A stretch of 64,000 nucleotides of DNA, taken from NCBI GenBank assembly GCA_902593165.1, contig CACJHI010000005.1:9238-73237 (forward strand), given 5' to 3'. A model generated the notes under the pieces. That model was given only the letters and a program-made list of their open reading frames with translations. It was not told the DNA's origin and did not search any database. This stretch comes from an uncultured Bacteroidota bacterium (GTDB lineage: Bacteria; Bacteroidota; Bacteroidia; Flavobacteriales; Flavobacteriaceae). A program made the translations under genes and the position numbers. Shown here one piece after another: positions 49,444 through 57,974 of this stretch (its first letter is position 1; each line of letters starts with the position of its first letter).

Positions 49444-50175
49444 TTATTTTTTCTTTAAATTTCTAAATAGTTCACTTAGAAAAATTGCAATAGCATTTGC
49501 AACATTTAAACTCTCCGCTTTATTATCTCCTTCCCTAAATTGAGGTATAGCCAACTCACCTTCTAATTTGCTTAGTAATTGTCTTGATATTCCATGAGAC
49601 TCACTTCCAAAAACAAACGAGGCTTTATTTGGCATTTGAGTTGAGTATATAGAATCTCCAGTTAAAGTAGCTCCATAAATTGGTTTTTGCATTGAAGATA
49701 ATGTAGTTCCAAGGTCATCAACATAATGACACTTCACCCTTGATATTGAACCCATTGAAGCCTGGATTACTTTGGCATTGAAACAATCAACAGAGTTATT
49801 ACTACATATCAATTCAGATAATCCAAACCAGTCACACAATCTTATAATAGTTCCAAGGTTTCCTGGATCACTAATACCGTCAACACCAATAGTAATAGGT
49901 TCAGATATTATTTCTTTTGAATCAGGTAAAACGAATATCCCCAAGGCTTGGCTAGGTGTTTTAAAATTTGAAATCTTCTTCATCTCATCTGAAGTCAAAA
50001 GTTCAGAATCTGGATGGAAATTTTCTTCAGTAGAAAATATATTTTTAAACGGCCAACCTGAATTTATTAATTCATTTACAACTTTTTTTCCTTCAGCTAC
50101 AAAAAGCTTGTTAGCCAAACGGTGCTTTTTTTTTTCTAATTGCAGAATTAATTTACGTTGATTATGAGAAAGCAT
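49444..50175 (-). CDS. TrmH/SpoU-family RNA 2'-O-methyltransferase
   Basis: SDPGNLGTIIRLCDWFG, FGSESHGIS, LNVANAIAIFL. Start at MLSHNQRKLI preferred. Confidence 0.75.
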   Translation of the reverse strand: MLSHNQRKLILQLEKKKHRLANKLFVAEGKKVVNELINSGWPFKNIFSTEENFHPDSELLTSDEMKKISNFKTPSQALGIFVLPDSKEIISEPITIGVDGISDPGNLGTIIRLCDWFGLSELICSNNSVDCFNAKVIQASMGSISRVKCHYVDDLGTTLSSMQKPIYGATLTGDSIYSTQMPNKASFVFGSESHGISRQLLSKLEGELAIPQFREGDNKAESLNVANAIAIFLSELFRNLKKK

Positions 50176-50180
50176 AAAAG

Positions 50181-50579
50181 TTATGATGTACAACAATTCT
50201 CATCATCACATCTACAATACTTCAAATTATATATGTGAAGACAAATTAATGAGGATGCTGACAGATAAGTTGCTGTTTCAGGAATAGAGAGGATTCCTAG
50301 ACTTTCATTTATAATTAAACCTGATAATACAGCCCAGAAGAGATATAGAAAGACCCTAATAAATCTATTGGATGAATTTTTAACTGAATAATAAATAGCG
50401 ATAAATGAAATAAAAAGAAAAATATAGTTAATGATAAACCATGGTAATGTAAAATCTACTGAAATAAAAATCAAAGAAGACTGAGACAAAAAGAGAAATG
50501 GTGTTGCAAAACAATGCAGCATACAGAGCCCTGATGATACAGCACCTATTTGATCGGAATTTTTAATAATTACCTTCAT
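50181..50579 (-). CDS. MerC-domain membrane protein with a C-terminal Cys cluster
   Basis: IGAVSSGLCMLHCFATPFLF (MerC-like C-x-x-H-C), 4 TM, tail YCRCDDENCCTS. Confidence 0.6.
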   Translation of the reverse strand: MKVIIKNSDQIGAVSSGLCMLHCFATPFLFLSQSSLIFISVDFTLPWFIINYIFLFISFIAIYYSVKNSSNRFIRVFLYLFWAVLSGLIINESLGILSIPETATYLSASSLICLHIYNLKYCRCDDENCCTS

Positions 50580-50638
50580 AAACTTTCACAAATGTATATG
50601 TTTTATTTAACTTACAGCATAATCTTAAAATCAATAAA

Positions 50639-51559
50639 ATGAAAAAAATATTATTAGTACTTACAATTTTATTTTCATTTAGTGTTTTTGCTCAGAAGCA
50701 AACAAATGGAAAAATATATATAGAGCATCCTGCTATTGATGTTGTAAATCAATTTAACGAGGCTTATGTTTCAGGTGACCTGGATAAATTAAAAGAACTT
50801 GTTACAGATGATGTTAAAGTTTGGAGATTAAGAAACAGAGAGGCTAATGGTCTTAATTGGATTCTTGGAACATCAAATTATTTAAGTAAAAATTTAATAA
50901 ATTTTGAAATTAAGCATTATGGTGGAGCTTATCCTGATGTTTTTGAATATAAACAAGATGATTTAGTGGATGTGAAGACATATGAGTTCCTAACTGGATA
51001 TGATAAGAATACCGGTTTAGATTTAAATATGCCTAGGTATGGTACATATAGATTGACAGAGAAAGGAGATAAAATTCAGACAATATGGATTAATGATGAT
51101 GAAATTTTATGGCAGAAAAATTGGGATGCATATGAGACTAGTGAAAATGGTATTATTTATAAAGATCATCCATTGGTAACAAAGGTAAGACTACTTTATC
51201 AGTCATATAAAACTGGTGATGTAGAAAAAATTAAAGCAAATTATACTGAGAATACAATTTTTTATGATGTTATGAACTCTGGAATTGATGAGTTTAAAAC
51301 TTTAGAAGAGGAGTTTGCTCAGTTTGATCAGTATATGGAAGTTTTTGAACTAGTTAATATCAGAGAAAGTGGTTTTCCTGATGTCTTAGATTATTCTGGA
51401 GATGGAGCTGTTGTAATTTCTTGGGCTGATTTCACTTTTAGAAATAAAAAGTCAGGAAACACAAAGACAATTAGTCAGCATATTCAACATTGGTTTAATG
51501 AAGAGGGAGAGATAGTGAGAGAAGATTATTATTTTAATCCTGCACAACTACCTCAGTAA
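50639..51559 (+). CDS. Secreted tandem NTF2/SnoaL-like domain protein
   Basis: Signal peptide. Two related halves starting HPAIDVVNQFNEAYVSGDLDKLKELV and HPLVTKVRLLYQSYKTGDVEKIKANY. Confidence 0.45.
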   Translation: MKKILLVLTILFSFSVFAQKQTNGKIYIEHPAIDVVNQFNEAYVSGDLDKLKELVTDDVKVWRLRNREANGLNWILGTSNYLSKNLINFEIKHYGGAYPDVFEYKQDDLVDVKTYEFLTGYDKNTGLDLNMPRYGTYRLTEKGDKIQTIWINDDEILWQKNWDAYETSENGIIYKDHPLVTKVRLLYQSYKTGDVEKIKANYTENTIFYDVMNSGIDEFKTLEEEFAQFDQYMEVFELVNIRESGFPDVLDYSGDGAVVISWADFTFRNKKSGNTKTISQHIQHWFNEEGEIVREDYYFNPAQLPQ

Positions 51560-51607
51560 TTTAAATTAATAAGATTAGTTAACTTCCAAATAATATTTGG
51601 GGGTTAA

Positions 51608-53062
51608 CTAATTTTTATACATCAAGGAATCTAATGATTTTCTAGATAATCGATGGCCATTTTTTATAACCGAAGATATATCTTGAGTATTTCTAATTAG
51701 ATCTAAAGGATTTGAATTCAAAATTACTAGATCTGCTTTATAACCATTTTTAATTCGTCCTGTCTTATCTTGTATTCCGAAAAAAGTTGCCGGATTTACT
51801 GTTGCAGTTTTAATTGCTTCTAGATTTGAAAATCCACTTTCAACTAGGACTTCCAATTCAATATGTAGACTTCTTCCTGGAATCAAATATCCAATTGGCG
51901 TATCAGTACCAGCCATAAAAGGAACATTTTTTTTGTGAAGTTTACCTGTTGCCTCTTCTAACCACTTAGAATATCTCAAACCACTTTTAACAACTAAAGT
52001 ATCAATATCTGAAATTTCTTTGATCCATTTTTGTTTAGTCTGACTTGGTAATTTATCTAACTCAGGAATAAAAGAAGGATCTTTAAAAATTTTTCTAGAA
52101 AAATTTCTATATAAAAAAAGTGTTGGTGTTTGCCATACATTTTTTGATACCAGAAGGTCTGCCGCTTCTTCAAACTTATTATAATCTATAGAATCAAGTG
52201 CTCTCATTCTTTGTTTTGAGTGAATTAGAGATCTCAAATCACTTCCAGGTAAATCATCTGGATTTTTAAGTAACTCTAATCGCTCTTTGTAAAGTTCATC
52301 AGAATTACTTGCAACCGAAAGTGCAAGGTTTCTTAGATGTTCTATCCCATTTAAACCTGAATCAATAGCAGAAAATAAAGTCATACTTAAAGGGATATGT
52401 CCAGTTACATTCAAGTTTCTTTTTTTTGCAATTCTCATTAAGGCTAGAAACTGATTTTCAGTAAGCATTTCATATGCCTTTAAAAAATCTACTTCTCTAT
52501 CAACTATTCCTAATACATTAGATTCAATTTCAATAATGTCATTGTTTTCAATTGAAAGAAGCGGAAATGAAGGGCTTGAATTGTTATATACATTTGGAGT
52601 TCCATCTATTAGAGGTCCTGCTATATAAACATTTGGATTTTTAATCGAGTCATTTAATGACAAGTCTTTCATTTTGACTACAAGGTCAATGGGCCCACCT
52701 GTATCTCTAACGCTCGTTACTCCATGAGCTAAAAAAAGTCCTGGCATATATGGTGCTAGGTTTGTATCAAAGGAAAAATGAATATGAGCATCCCACAAAC
52801 CTGGAATTAGATACTTTCCGGTGGCATCTATTGTGTTATCATCTTTGGCTATTATTTCATCATCATTATCTAATATCATAGTTATGATATCATTAGTTAT
52901 AACAACATGCTTATTAGATTGAAGTCCATCAATTGGGTCAATGATAGATATGTTTTTTATAACGTATGAATCTTCTGGAATTGTTACTTGATTTGAGCAA
53001 CTTATTATATTAAATAACAAAAATACAAGAGTGCAGTTTTTCAAAGTCTTAAGATAATTCAT
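51608..53062 (-). CDS. Secreted amidohydrolase-family metallohydrolase
   Basis: Lipoprotein-like signal, IPGLWDAHIHF (H-x-H), GTD...PG and DLVILNSNPL motifs. Confidence 0.7.
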   Translation of the reverse strand: MNYLKTLKNCTLVFLLFNIISCSNQVTIPEDSYVIKNISIIDPIDGLQSNKHVVITNDIITMILDNDDEIIAKDDNTIDATGKYLIPGLWDAHIHFSFDTNLAPYMPGLFLAHGVTSVRDTGGPIDLVVKMKDLSLNDSIKNPNVYIAGPLIDGTPNVYNNSSPSFPLLSIENNDIIEIESNVLGIVDREVDFLKAYEMLTENQFLALMRIAKKRNLNVTGHIPLSMTLFSAIDSGLNGIEHLRNLALSVASNSDELYKERLELLKNPDDLPGSDLRSLIHSKQRMRALDSIDYNKFEEAADLLVSKNVWQTPTLFLYRNFSRKIFKDPSFIPELDKLPSQTKQKWIKEISDIDTLVVKSGLRYSKWLEEATGKLHKKNVPFMAGTDTPIGYLIPGRSLHIELEVLVESGFSNLEAIKTATVNPATFFGIQDKTGRIKNGYKADLVILNSNPLDLIRNTQDISSVIKNGHRLSRKSLDSLMYKN

Positions 53063-53089
53063 AGCCTTTCTTTAAAAATTTAAGATAGT

Positions 53090-53260
53090 TTAATTACCTC
53101 TTCCAACTTTTCTAACACCAGTCATTTTTGTCTTCCCTACGCCTTTTGACTGAAGCTTACTACTAAAATTTTTTTTTGAATTTTTGTTTGAGTTTTTGAC
53201 TTGACGCTTTCCGTTTGTCTCTCTATTGTCGTTTTTATTTCCAAAAAATTTACTTCCCAT
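53090..53260 (-). CDS. Unannotated 56-aa highly basic small protein
   Basis: Own translation: MGSKFFGNKNDNRETNGKRQVKNSNKNSKKNFSSKLQSKGVGKTKMTGVRKVGRGN. Fills an otherwise empty 290-nt gap. Confidence 0.35.
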   Translation of the reverse strand: MGSKFFGNKNDNRETNGKRQVKNSNKNSKKNFSSKLQSKGVGKTKMTGVRKVGRGN

Positions 53261-53354
53261 ATTTATTTAGTTTATAAAACTGTATGATTACAATTTATGA
53301 AAGAATATTTAAATCAATCTGTTGTTTCTAGAATAATTATAATATTTTTAAATT

Positions 53355-53594
53355 ATGAAACTATTCTCAAAGCTTTTCCTATCAAGCTTAATCTTTATTT
53401 TTTCATGTTCATCTGATGATTCGGATGAAAATGCATGTGTAGATGAATCTAAAATTGATGAGTTTGCTGTATGTATTGAAATATATGAACCAGTATGTGG
53501 TTGTGATGGAGTTACATATCCAAACCTGTGTTATGCAAGCAGTATTGGAGGAGTTACTTCTTTTATTGATGGAGCATGTGGTAAGCCAAATTAG
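53355..53594 (+). CDS. Kazal-type serine protease inhibitor domain lipoprotein
   Basis: Lipobox IFSC; CIEIYEPVCGCDGVTYPNLCYASSIGGVTSFIDGAC matches the Kazal PVCG-DG-TY-N-C signature. Confidence 0.75.
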   Translation: MKLFSKLFLSSLIFIFSCSSDDSDENACVDESKIDEFAVCIEIYEPVCGCDGVTYPNLCYASSIGGVTSFIDGACGKPN

Positions 53595-53597
53595 ATT

Positions 53598-53801
53598 TTA
53601 GTTAGCTCCAATAAGAATCAAAAATATGTATTTCCATATTAGGTATAATAGATGGCCTAAAATTAACCCCCAAGCCAAAACCTTTTTAACATTTTTATCA
53701 CCTTTGAAAAATTTAAGTTTATCTATAAGAACATAGGAAATTAAAATACTGATCAATACCCATAATCCAAAAGCAGCATAATCTATTAAAGTGAAGTTCA
53801 T
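53598..53801 (-). CDS. Small 2-TM membrane protein (third gene of an orphan operon)
   Basis: 67 aa; ATGA overlap with the upstream gene. Confidence 0.4.
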   Translation of the reverse strand: MNFTLIDYAAFGLWVLISILISYVLIDKLKFFKGDKNVKKVLAWGLILGHLLYLIWKYIFLILIGAN

Positions 53802-54097
53802 TTTTCATCAATTAATTCCCACTCATATAGATAAGTCTCTCCATCATATAATAGATCGATACTGAATGTTTGCTGCATTCCATCATAAGTAGTTTTTAAT
53901 AATCCTGAATAGCTGTTTCCTTCATCATAAACTAAATTAAAGGAATTAAGAATAATTTCTGACTCATTGATATCGTAATTTTCAGCAATATCCTCAAGCA
54001 AACTTGGCCCTAGATCTTCCTCTATTTCACTAACAGAAAGTCTCATTGAACAAGCAGTCAATAAAACGAAAAATAAGATAAATATATTTTTCTTCAT
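53798..54097 (-). CDS. Small acidic lipoprotein (orphan)
   Basis: 99 aa, lipobox LTAC; ATGA overlaps on both sides. Confidence 0.45.
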   Translation of the reverse strand: MKKNIFILFFVLLTACSMRLSVSEIEEDLGPSLLEDIAENYDINESEIILNSFNLVYDEGNSYSGLLKTTYDGMQQTFSIDLLYDGETYLYEWELIDEK

Positions 54098-54513
54098 TGT
54101 GTAAGTGATTTTTCTGCCTCTTCTTTAATTCTAGATTTATTCAGAATGCTATCTTTCAAAATAGATTTCCTATCAAATTCCTTATCAGTAATATTAATCC
54201 TCATCTTTTCACGATTAACAGTAAATATCTCATAATTAAAAAGTGCTTGATTTAGAAACTCTAAAGCTTTAATTTCATTATCAACACCTCCAATACTATT
54301 ATCTTTATTCAAGGCGTTAGAGTATACAGATATTATCTCGTCTGCGATTATTTGATAGGCCTCCGTAAATGCTCCCTCTAGATCTTGTGCTTCAAGTTCT
54401 TTGGTCTCATATGTAGCGTCACCTGACTGACTGTAATTAAAACTGTCTAAATAATAAATTTCCCCACCACACCCTATGAGAAGAAAAGATATAAAAAAAA
54501 GTATTTTTTTCAT
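54094..54513 (-). CDS. Small lipoprotein (orphan)
   Basis: 139 aa, lipobox LIGC. Confidence 0.45.
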   Translation of the reverse strand: MKKILFFISFLLIGCGGEIYYLDSFNYSQSGDATYETKELEAQDLEGAFTEAYQIIADEIISVYSNALNKDNSIGGVDNEIKALEFLNQALFNYEIFTVNREKMRINITDKEFDRKSILKDSILNKSRIKEEAEKSLTQ

Positions 54514-54663
54514 GATTAGTTGACTTTTACAAGTATAAATATATTAAATGATAATAATTAATTAAAAACGAAAAAAATCATTCTGGGGTACAGAATAAAA
54601 ATAAGGGCACAAACTATCACTATATATATAAAATAAATTGTATATTTAGTATAGTATTTGAGT

Positions 54664-55212
54664 ATGGAAAAATTAAAAAGAATTTCTCAAGAAAAATTTG
54701 ATTCACTTAAAAAAGATGAAAAAGAATTATTATTAATTTATTATAAAACAATTGAAAAGGAGAGCAAATTATCAAAGTCCTTAGCCAAATCAAGAAGAAA
54801 GACAAAAAAAGTAAAAGAGAAATTGAATAAAGTTCAGATAAGTAGAAAAGAAATTCTAAATAAAATTAAGTCAATCAATCAAAGTTTATTTACAAGTTCT
54901 ACAATTGTCTGTGACAAAAGGTGGAATTCTTATATATGTATTTTTAAAAACAGTGTGTCACAAAAGTCATTATATCTGGGTAATCATAAGACTATAGTTA
55001 ATGCTCTTTCACCATTTTATTCAAATGAAGAGTTTATAGACTCTCAAGATTTTTTAAAAAAGGAATTGAAAAAAATAATATCTACAGTTCAAGACAAATT
55101 AATTAAACATAATGATAGCAATGAAATAAGCTTCAAAAAAAACAAGCTTAAAAATATAGTTGAGTTATATGCTGAAAGCGGTAAATGGGATTATTGGTCC
55201 ATTGAAGATTAA
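54664..55212 (+). CDS. Hypothetical Lys-rich coiled-coil protein with a possible small DNA-binding-like core
   Basis: About 182 aa from the ATG. Basic N-terminus, central KRWNSYICIFKNSVSQKSLYLGNHKT (AP2-like beta-sheet pattern; weak). Confidence 0.4.
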   Translation: MEKLKRISQEKFDSLKKDEKELLLIYYKTIEKESKLSKSLAKSRRKTKKVKEKLNKVQISRKEILNKIKSINQSLFTSSTIVCDKRWNSYICIFKNSVSQKSLYLGNHKTIVNALSPFYSNEEFIDSQDFLKKELKKIISTVQDKLIKHNDSNEISFKKNKLKNIVELYAESGKWDYWSIED

Positions 55213-55245
55213 TTTTCTGGGAACTCTAGTTTTTAAATTAGTTAT

Positions 55246-56559
55246 ATGAATATTTTAAAGAACATAAGTCTATTTTTGATTTTAATTATGATTGGTTCAT
55301 GCAATTTATTAAAACCTGAAGAACAGATATTTATTGAGATATCAAAGAAAAAGTATCAAGATCAACTTGAAGGCTTTTGGCTTGGTCAATCAATTGCAAA
55401 TTGGACTGGATTAATAACAGAAAATGATAAAATTGGAAATATTGGAGAAATTAAGACAGGTGATTTTTACACAAGAGAAGACTGGGGCAAAACTGATCAA
55501 AGAAGTATTTGGGAAGATGACACAATAGACAAATCAAAAATTAAAATTGATTATGTTTTGAAATCAGTAGATGAAGTTTGGGGATCAGATGATGATACTG
55601 ATATTGAGTATATGTATCAGTATTTACATAATTTTCATAAAACTAATATTTTAACTCCATCTCAAATTAGAGAAGGATGGCTTGAGCATATTGATACTGA
55701 AGAAGAAAACTATTTATGGGTTTCAAACCAAAGAGCACTTGACCTTATGTTGGAAGGGTTTGAGCCACCTGAAACTAGTAATCCTGAAAAAAATGAATTT
55801 TATGATATGATTGATGCTCAATTAACAACTGAAATTTTTGGTTTATTCTCTCCTACAAATCCGGATTTCTCAATAAAAATGGCAAGATTGCCAATTCAAA
55901 CAACAGCTCGAAAAGAAGCACAAGAAATAGCAGAGTTTTATGTTAGGATGTATTCAAATGCATCAAATCTAAATGAATTTAAATCAATTAAAGAAAAAAT
56001 GCTTTGGCTTGGCAATGAATCTAGATCTAAGCTCAATAATGATTTATATCCTGCAAAAATGTATGATTATGTAAAAGATTTATATGAGTCAGGAATTAAA
56101 TGGGAGCAGACAAGAGATTCTATTTATTATAGATATCAAGTCAATCAAAAAGATGATTATGGCATAACTTCAAAGAATTTATATTGTAATGGTTGTTTCG
56201 CTGCTGGAATTAATTTTGCATCTAGTCTTGTGAGTTTATTTTATGGAGAGGGAGACTTAAAAGAGACAATAAAGATTGGAACACTGGCTGGTTGGGACTC
56301 TGATAATCCAACATCAACGTGGGGAGGTTTAATTGGATTTATAATTGGTAAAGAAATGATTGAAAAAGAATTTGACATGAAACTTTCCAGCAAGTTTAAT
56401 ATTCATAGGACAAGAAAGAACTTCCCTAACAAAGGCTTAGATACATTTGAGAATATGGCGATCAATGGGATGAAGGTAGTTGATAAGGTTGTTAAAGAAG
56501 AACTTAATGGAAAAATTGATATAGATAATAAGTCATGGTTAATTCCAATTATTAATTAA
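55246..56559 (+). CDS. ADP-ribosylglycohydrolase-family protein with a lipoprotein signal
   Basis: Lipobox MIGSC; WGSDDDTDIEY and GWDSDNPTSTWGGLIGF match the ARH metal-binding motifs. Confidence 0.7.
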   Translation: MNILKNISLFLILIMIGSCNLLKPEEQIFIEISKKKYQDQLEGFWLGQSIANWTGLITENDKIGNIGEIKTGDFYTREDWGKTDQRSIWEDDTIDKSKIKIDYVLKSVDEVWGSDDDTDIEYMYQYLHNFHKTNILTPSQIREGWLEHIDTEEENYLWVSNQRALDLMLEGFEPPETSNPEKNEFYDMIDAQLTTEIFGLFSPTNPDFSIKMARLPIQTTARKEAQEIAEFYVRMYSNASNLNEFKSIKEKMLWLGNESRSKLNNDLYPAKMYDYVKDLYESGIKWEQTRDSIYYRYQVNQKDDYGITSKNLYCNGCFAAGINFASSLVSLFYGEGDLKETIKIGTLAGWDSDNPTSTWGGLIGFIIGKEMIEKEFDMKLSSKFNIHRTRKNFPNKGLDTFENMAINGMKVVDKVVKEELNGKIDIDNKSWLIPIIN

Positions 56560-56562
56560 AAA

Positions 56563-57048
56563 ATGATTTTACCTGTAAGTAATTCAATTGATTTAGATTT
56601 TGATAGACAGTCTGTCTGGAAGATTATATCAGAACCAGGAAACCTAAACAAAGTTCATCCTTTCTGTAAATCTAACAAAGTTGTCAATTGGGATAAAGAT
56701 AACCATGAAGATATATTAGAGTATTTAAATGGGGTAACACTTCACAGGAAGTTTGATAAATGGGACGAAGGGAAAGGATATGAACTTAATATTGGAAGGG
56801 AGAATGGCAGAAAGTCTAAGGTTATTTGGAAAATTACCGGTGAAAAAAAGTCAAAACTTAAAATCACAGTTTACCCTCATGTTTTTAGTAATAGAAGCAG
56901 AATAATTTACTTTATAATTCATGCTTTATTTATTAATCCAGGATTAAAAAAATATTTAAGCTCAGTTTTGAGGGGTTATAAATGGTATTTAGAAAATAAA
57001 CAGCCAGTTCCCAGGAATCAGTTTGGGAGTCATAAATGGTTTTCCTAA
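56563..57048 (+). CDS. SRPBCC (START/Bet v1-like) family protein
   Basis: 161 aa; the N-terminal IDLDFDRQSVWKIISEPGNLNKVHPF pattern is typical of the polyketide-cyclase/SRPBCC family. Confidence 0.5.
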   Translation: MILPVSNSIDLDFDRQSVWKIISEPGNLNKVHPFCKSNKVVNWDKDNHEDILEYLNGVTLHRKFDKWDEGKGYELNIGRENGRKSKVIWKITGEKKSKLKITVYPHVFSNRSRIIYFIIHALFINPGLKKYLSSVLRGYKWYLENKQPVPRNQFGSHKWFS

Positions 57049-57077
57049 TTATTAGGAAATATATTCACTTTGATTTT

Positions 57078-57578
57078 TTAGTCGTTATTATGATCATGAT
57101 CCATATGGTTCATATGATTCATTTTCATCTTTCCAATGTTTAAGATGGGCATCATTACTCCAACAGATTTCATCATATCAGAATGATTGTAATAAACCTT
57201 AAGCATTCTATTTTTAAATGGCTTAAATTCAATTCCAAAATATGGCTCTGAATCCATTCTCATAGTATGTGATGAAGAGTGCATACCTGACATCATTCCT
57301 GGCATTGCCATATCACCAGTCATCAAACCTCCAACCAATGTGAATTTTTTAATATTATACTTTGCATTATACATAATCATATAGTCATCACCTCCATCAA
57401 ATGGTGTAACCATAGCCATAGCTCCAACTGATATTTTTGGAAAAGGCATATAATTTAAGCCCATACCAATTTGAGTATATTCACTTTCAAGATCAATTCC
57501 ACCCATCACACCAATGTGAGCCTGAGAGTGAAGGCTAAAACCTGTAAGTATTAATGATAATAGAAGAAATTTTTTCAT
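57078..57578 (-). CDS. Small secreted Met/His-rich beta-rich protein (candidate Cu/metal-binding OMP)
   Basis: Signal peptide. GDMAMPGMMSGMHSSSHTMRMD loop and C-terminal MKMNHMNHMDHDHNND. Alternating hydrophobic pattern. Confidence 0.5.
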   Translation of the reverse strand: MKKFLLLSLILTGFSLHSQAHIGVMGGIDLESEYTQIGMGLNYMPFPKISVGAMAMVTPFDGGDDYMIMYNAKYNIKKFTLVGGLMTGDMAMPGMMSGMHSSSHTMRMDSEPYFGIEFKPFKNRMLKVYYNHSDMMKSVGVMMPILNIGKMKMNHMNHMDHDHNND

Positions 57579-57583
57579 AGTAA

Positions 57584-57757
57584 TTATTTTGGGAGTGAAC
57601 CATGTCGATCATAGTAGTCCTTGTCGTAATCAAATTTTTCTTTAGTTGAAAGAAAAAGGGAAATTATAACTAGTAGTGTAACTGTACATCCAAAAATAAA
57701 TATGGATAGAGTTAAGTCACCAAGTAATAAATCTTTTATTTGACCGTATCTGTTCAT
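57584..57757 (-). CDS. Unannotated 57-aa single-TM protein directly upstream of the Met-rich gene
   Basis: Own translation: MNRYGQIKDLLLGDLTLSIFIFGCTVTLLVIISLFLSTKEKFDYDKDYYDRHGSLPK. The stop is 5 nt before the next start. Confidence 0.4.
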   Translation of the reverse strand: MNRYGQIKDLLLGDLTLSIFIFGCTVTLLVIISLFLSTKEKFDYDKDYYDRHGSLPK

Positions 57758-57974
57758 ACATCTAAATTATTTATATACTATAAGAAATCTTTCTAATGTA
57801 ATAGAATTAACAAAAATTTTAGATTTACATGTTGAAGTAAAATATACATTTGTCATGTGTTTAAAATGAACAAAATCCCCAAAGAATATTACCCCGAAAT
57901 CCTATTCGTGATTTTCCTTATTGTTATGTTTTCCAAAGTTTACATAATGGTTCAACTTGCAAACTCTTAGTAAC

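Noticed and set aside
50126-50135. T10 homopolymer (A10 in the sense strand, encoding EKKKH) near the 5' end of the trmH-family gene as a phase-variation switch
   Set aside because: Poly-A Lys runs are common in genomes this AT-rich, the gene is housekeeping-like and the frame is intact. There is nothing to suggest on/off switching.
39267-54657. Idea that the two GGGG(C/T)ACA motif pairs are the ends of a 15-kb mobile element
   Set aside because: The order of the two words is not mirrored as terminal inverted repeats would require. The interval contains core genes (sdhC, pepP, rseP, tRNA-Asn, trmH-family). I saw no direct repeat of the tRNA 3' end.
57866-57970. 34-aa plus-strand ORF (MNKIPKEYYPEILFVIFLIVMFSKVYIMVQLANS) in the gap before the DUF885 gene
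   Set aside because: It is very short, with no motif and no coupling to a neighbour. It is plausible as a chance ORF and is kept only as a note.
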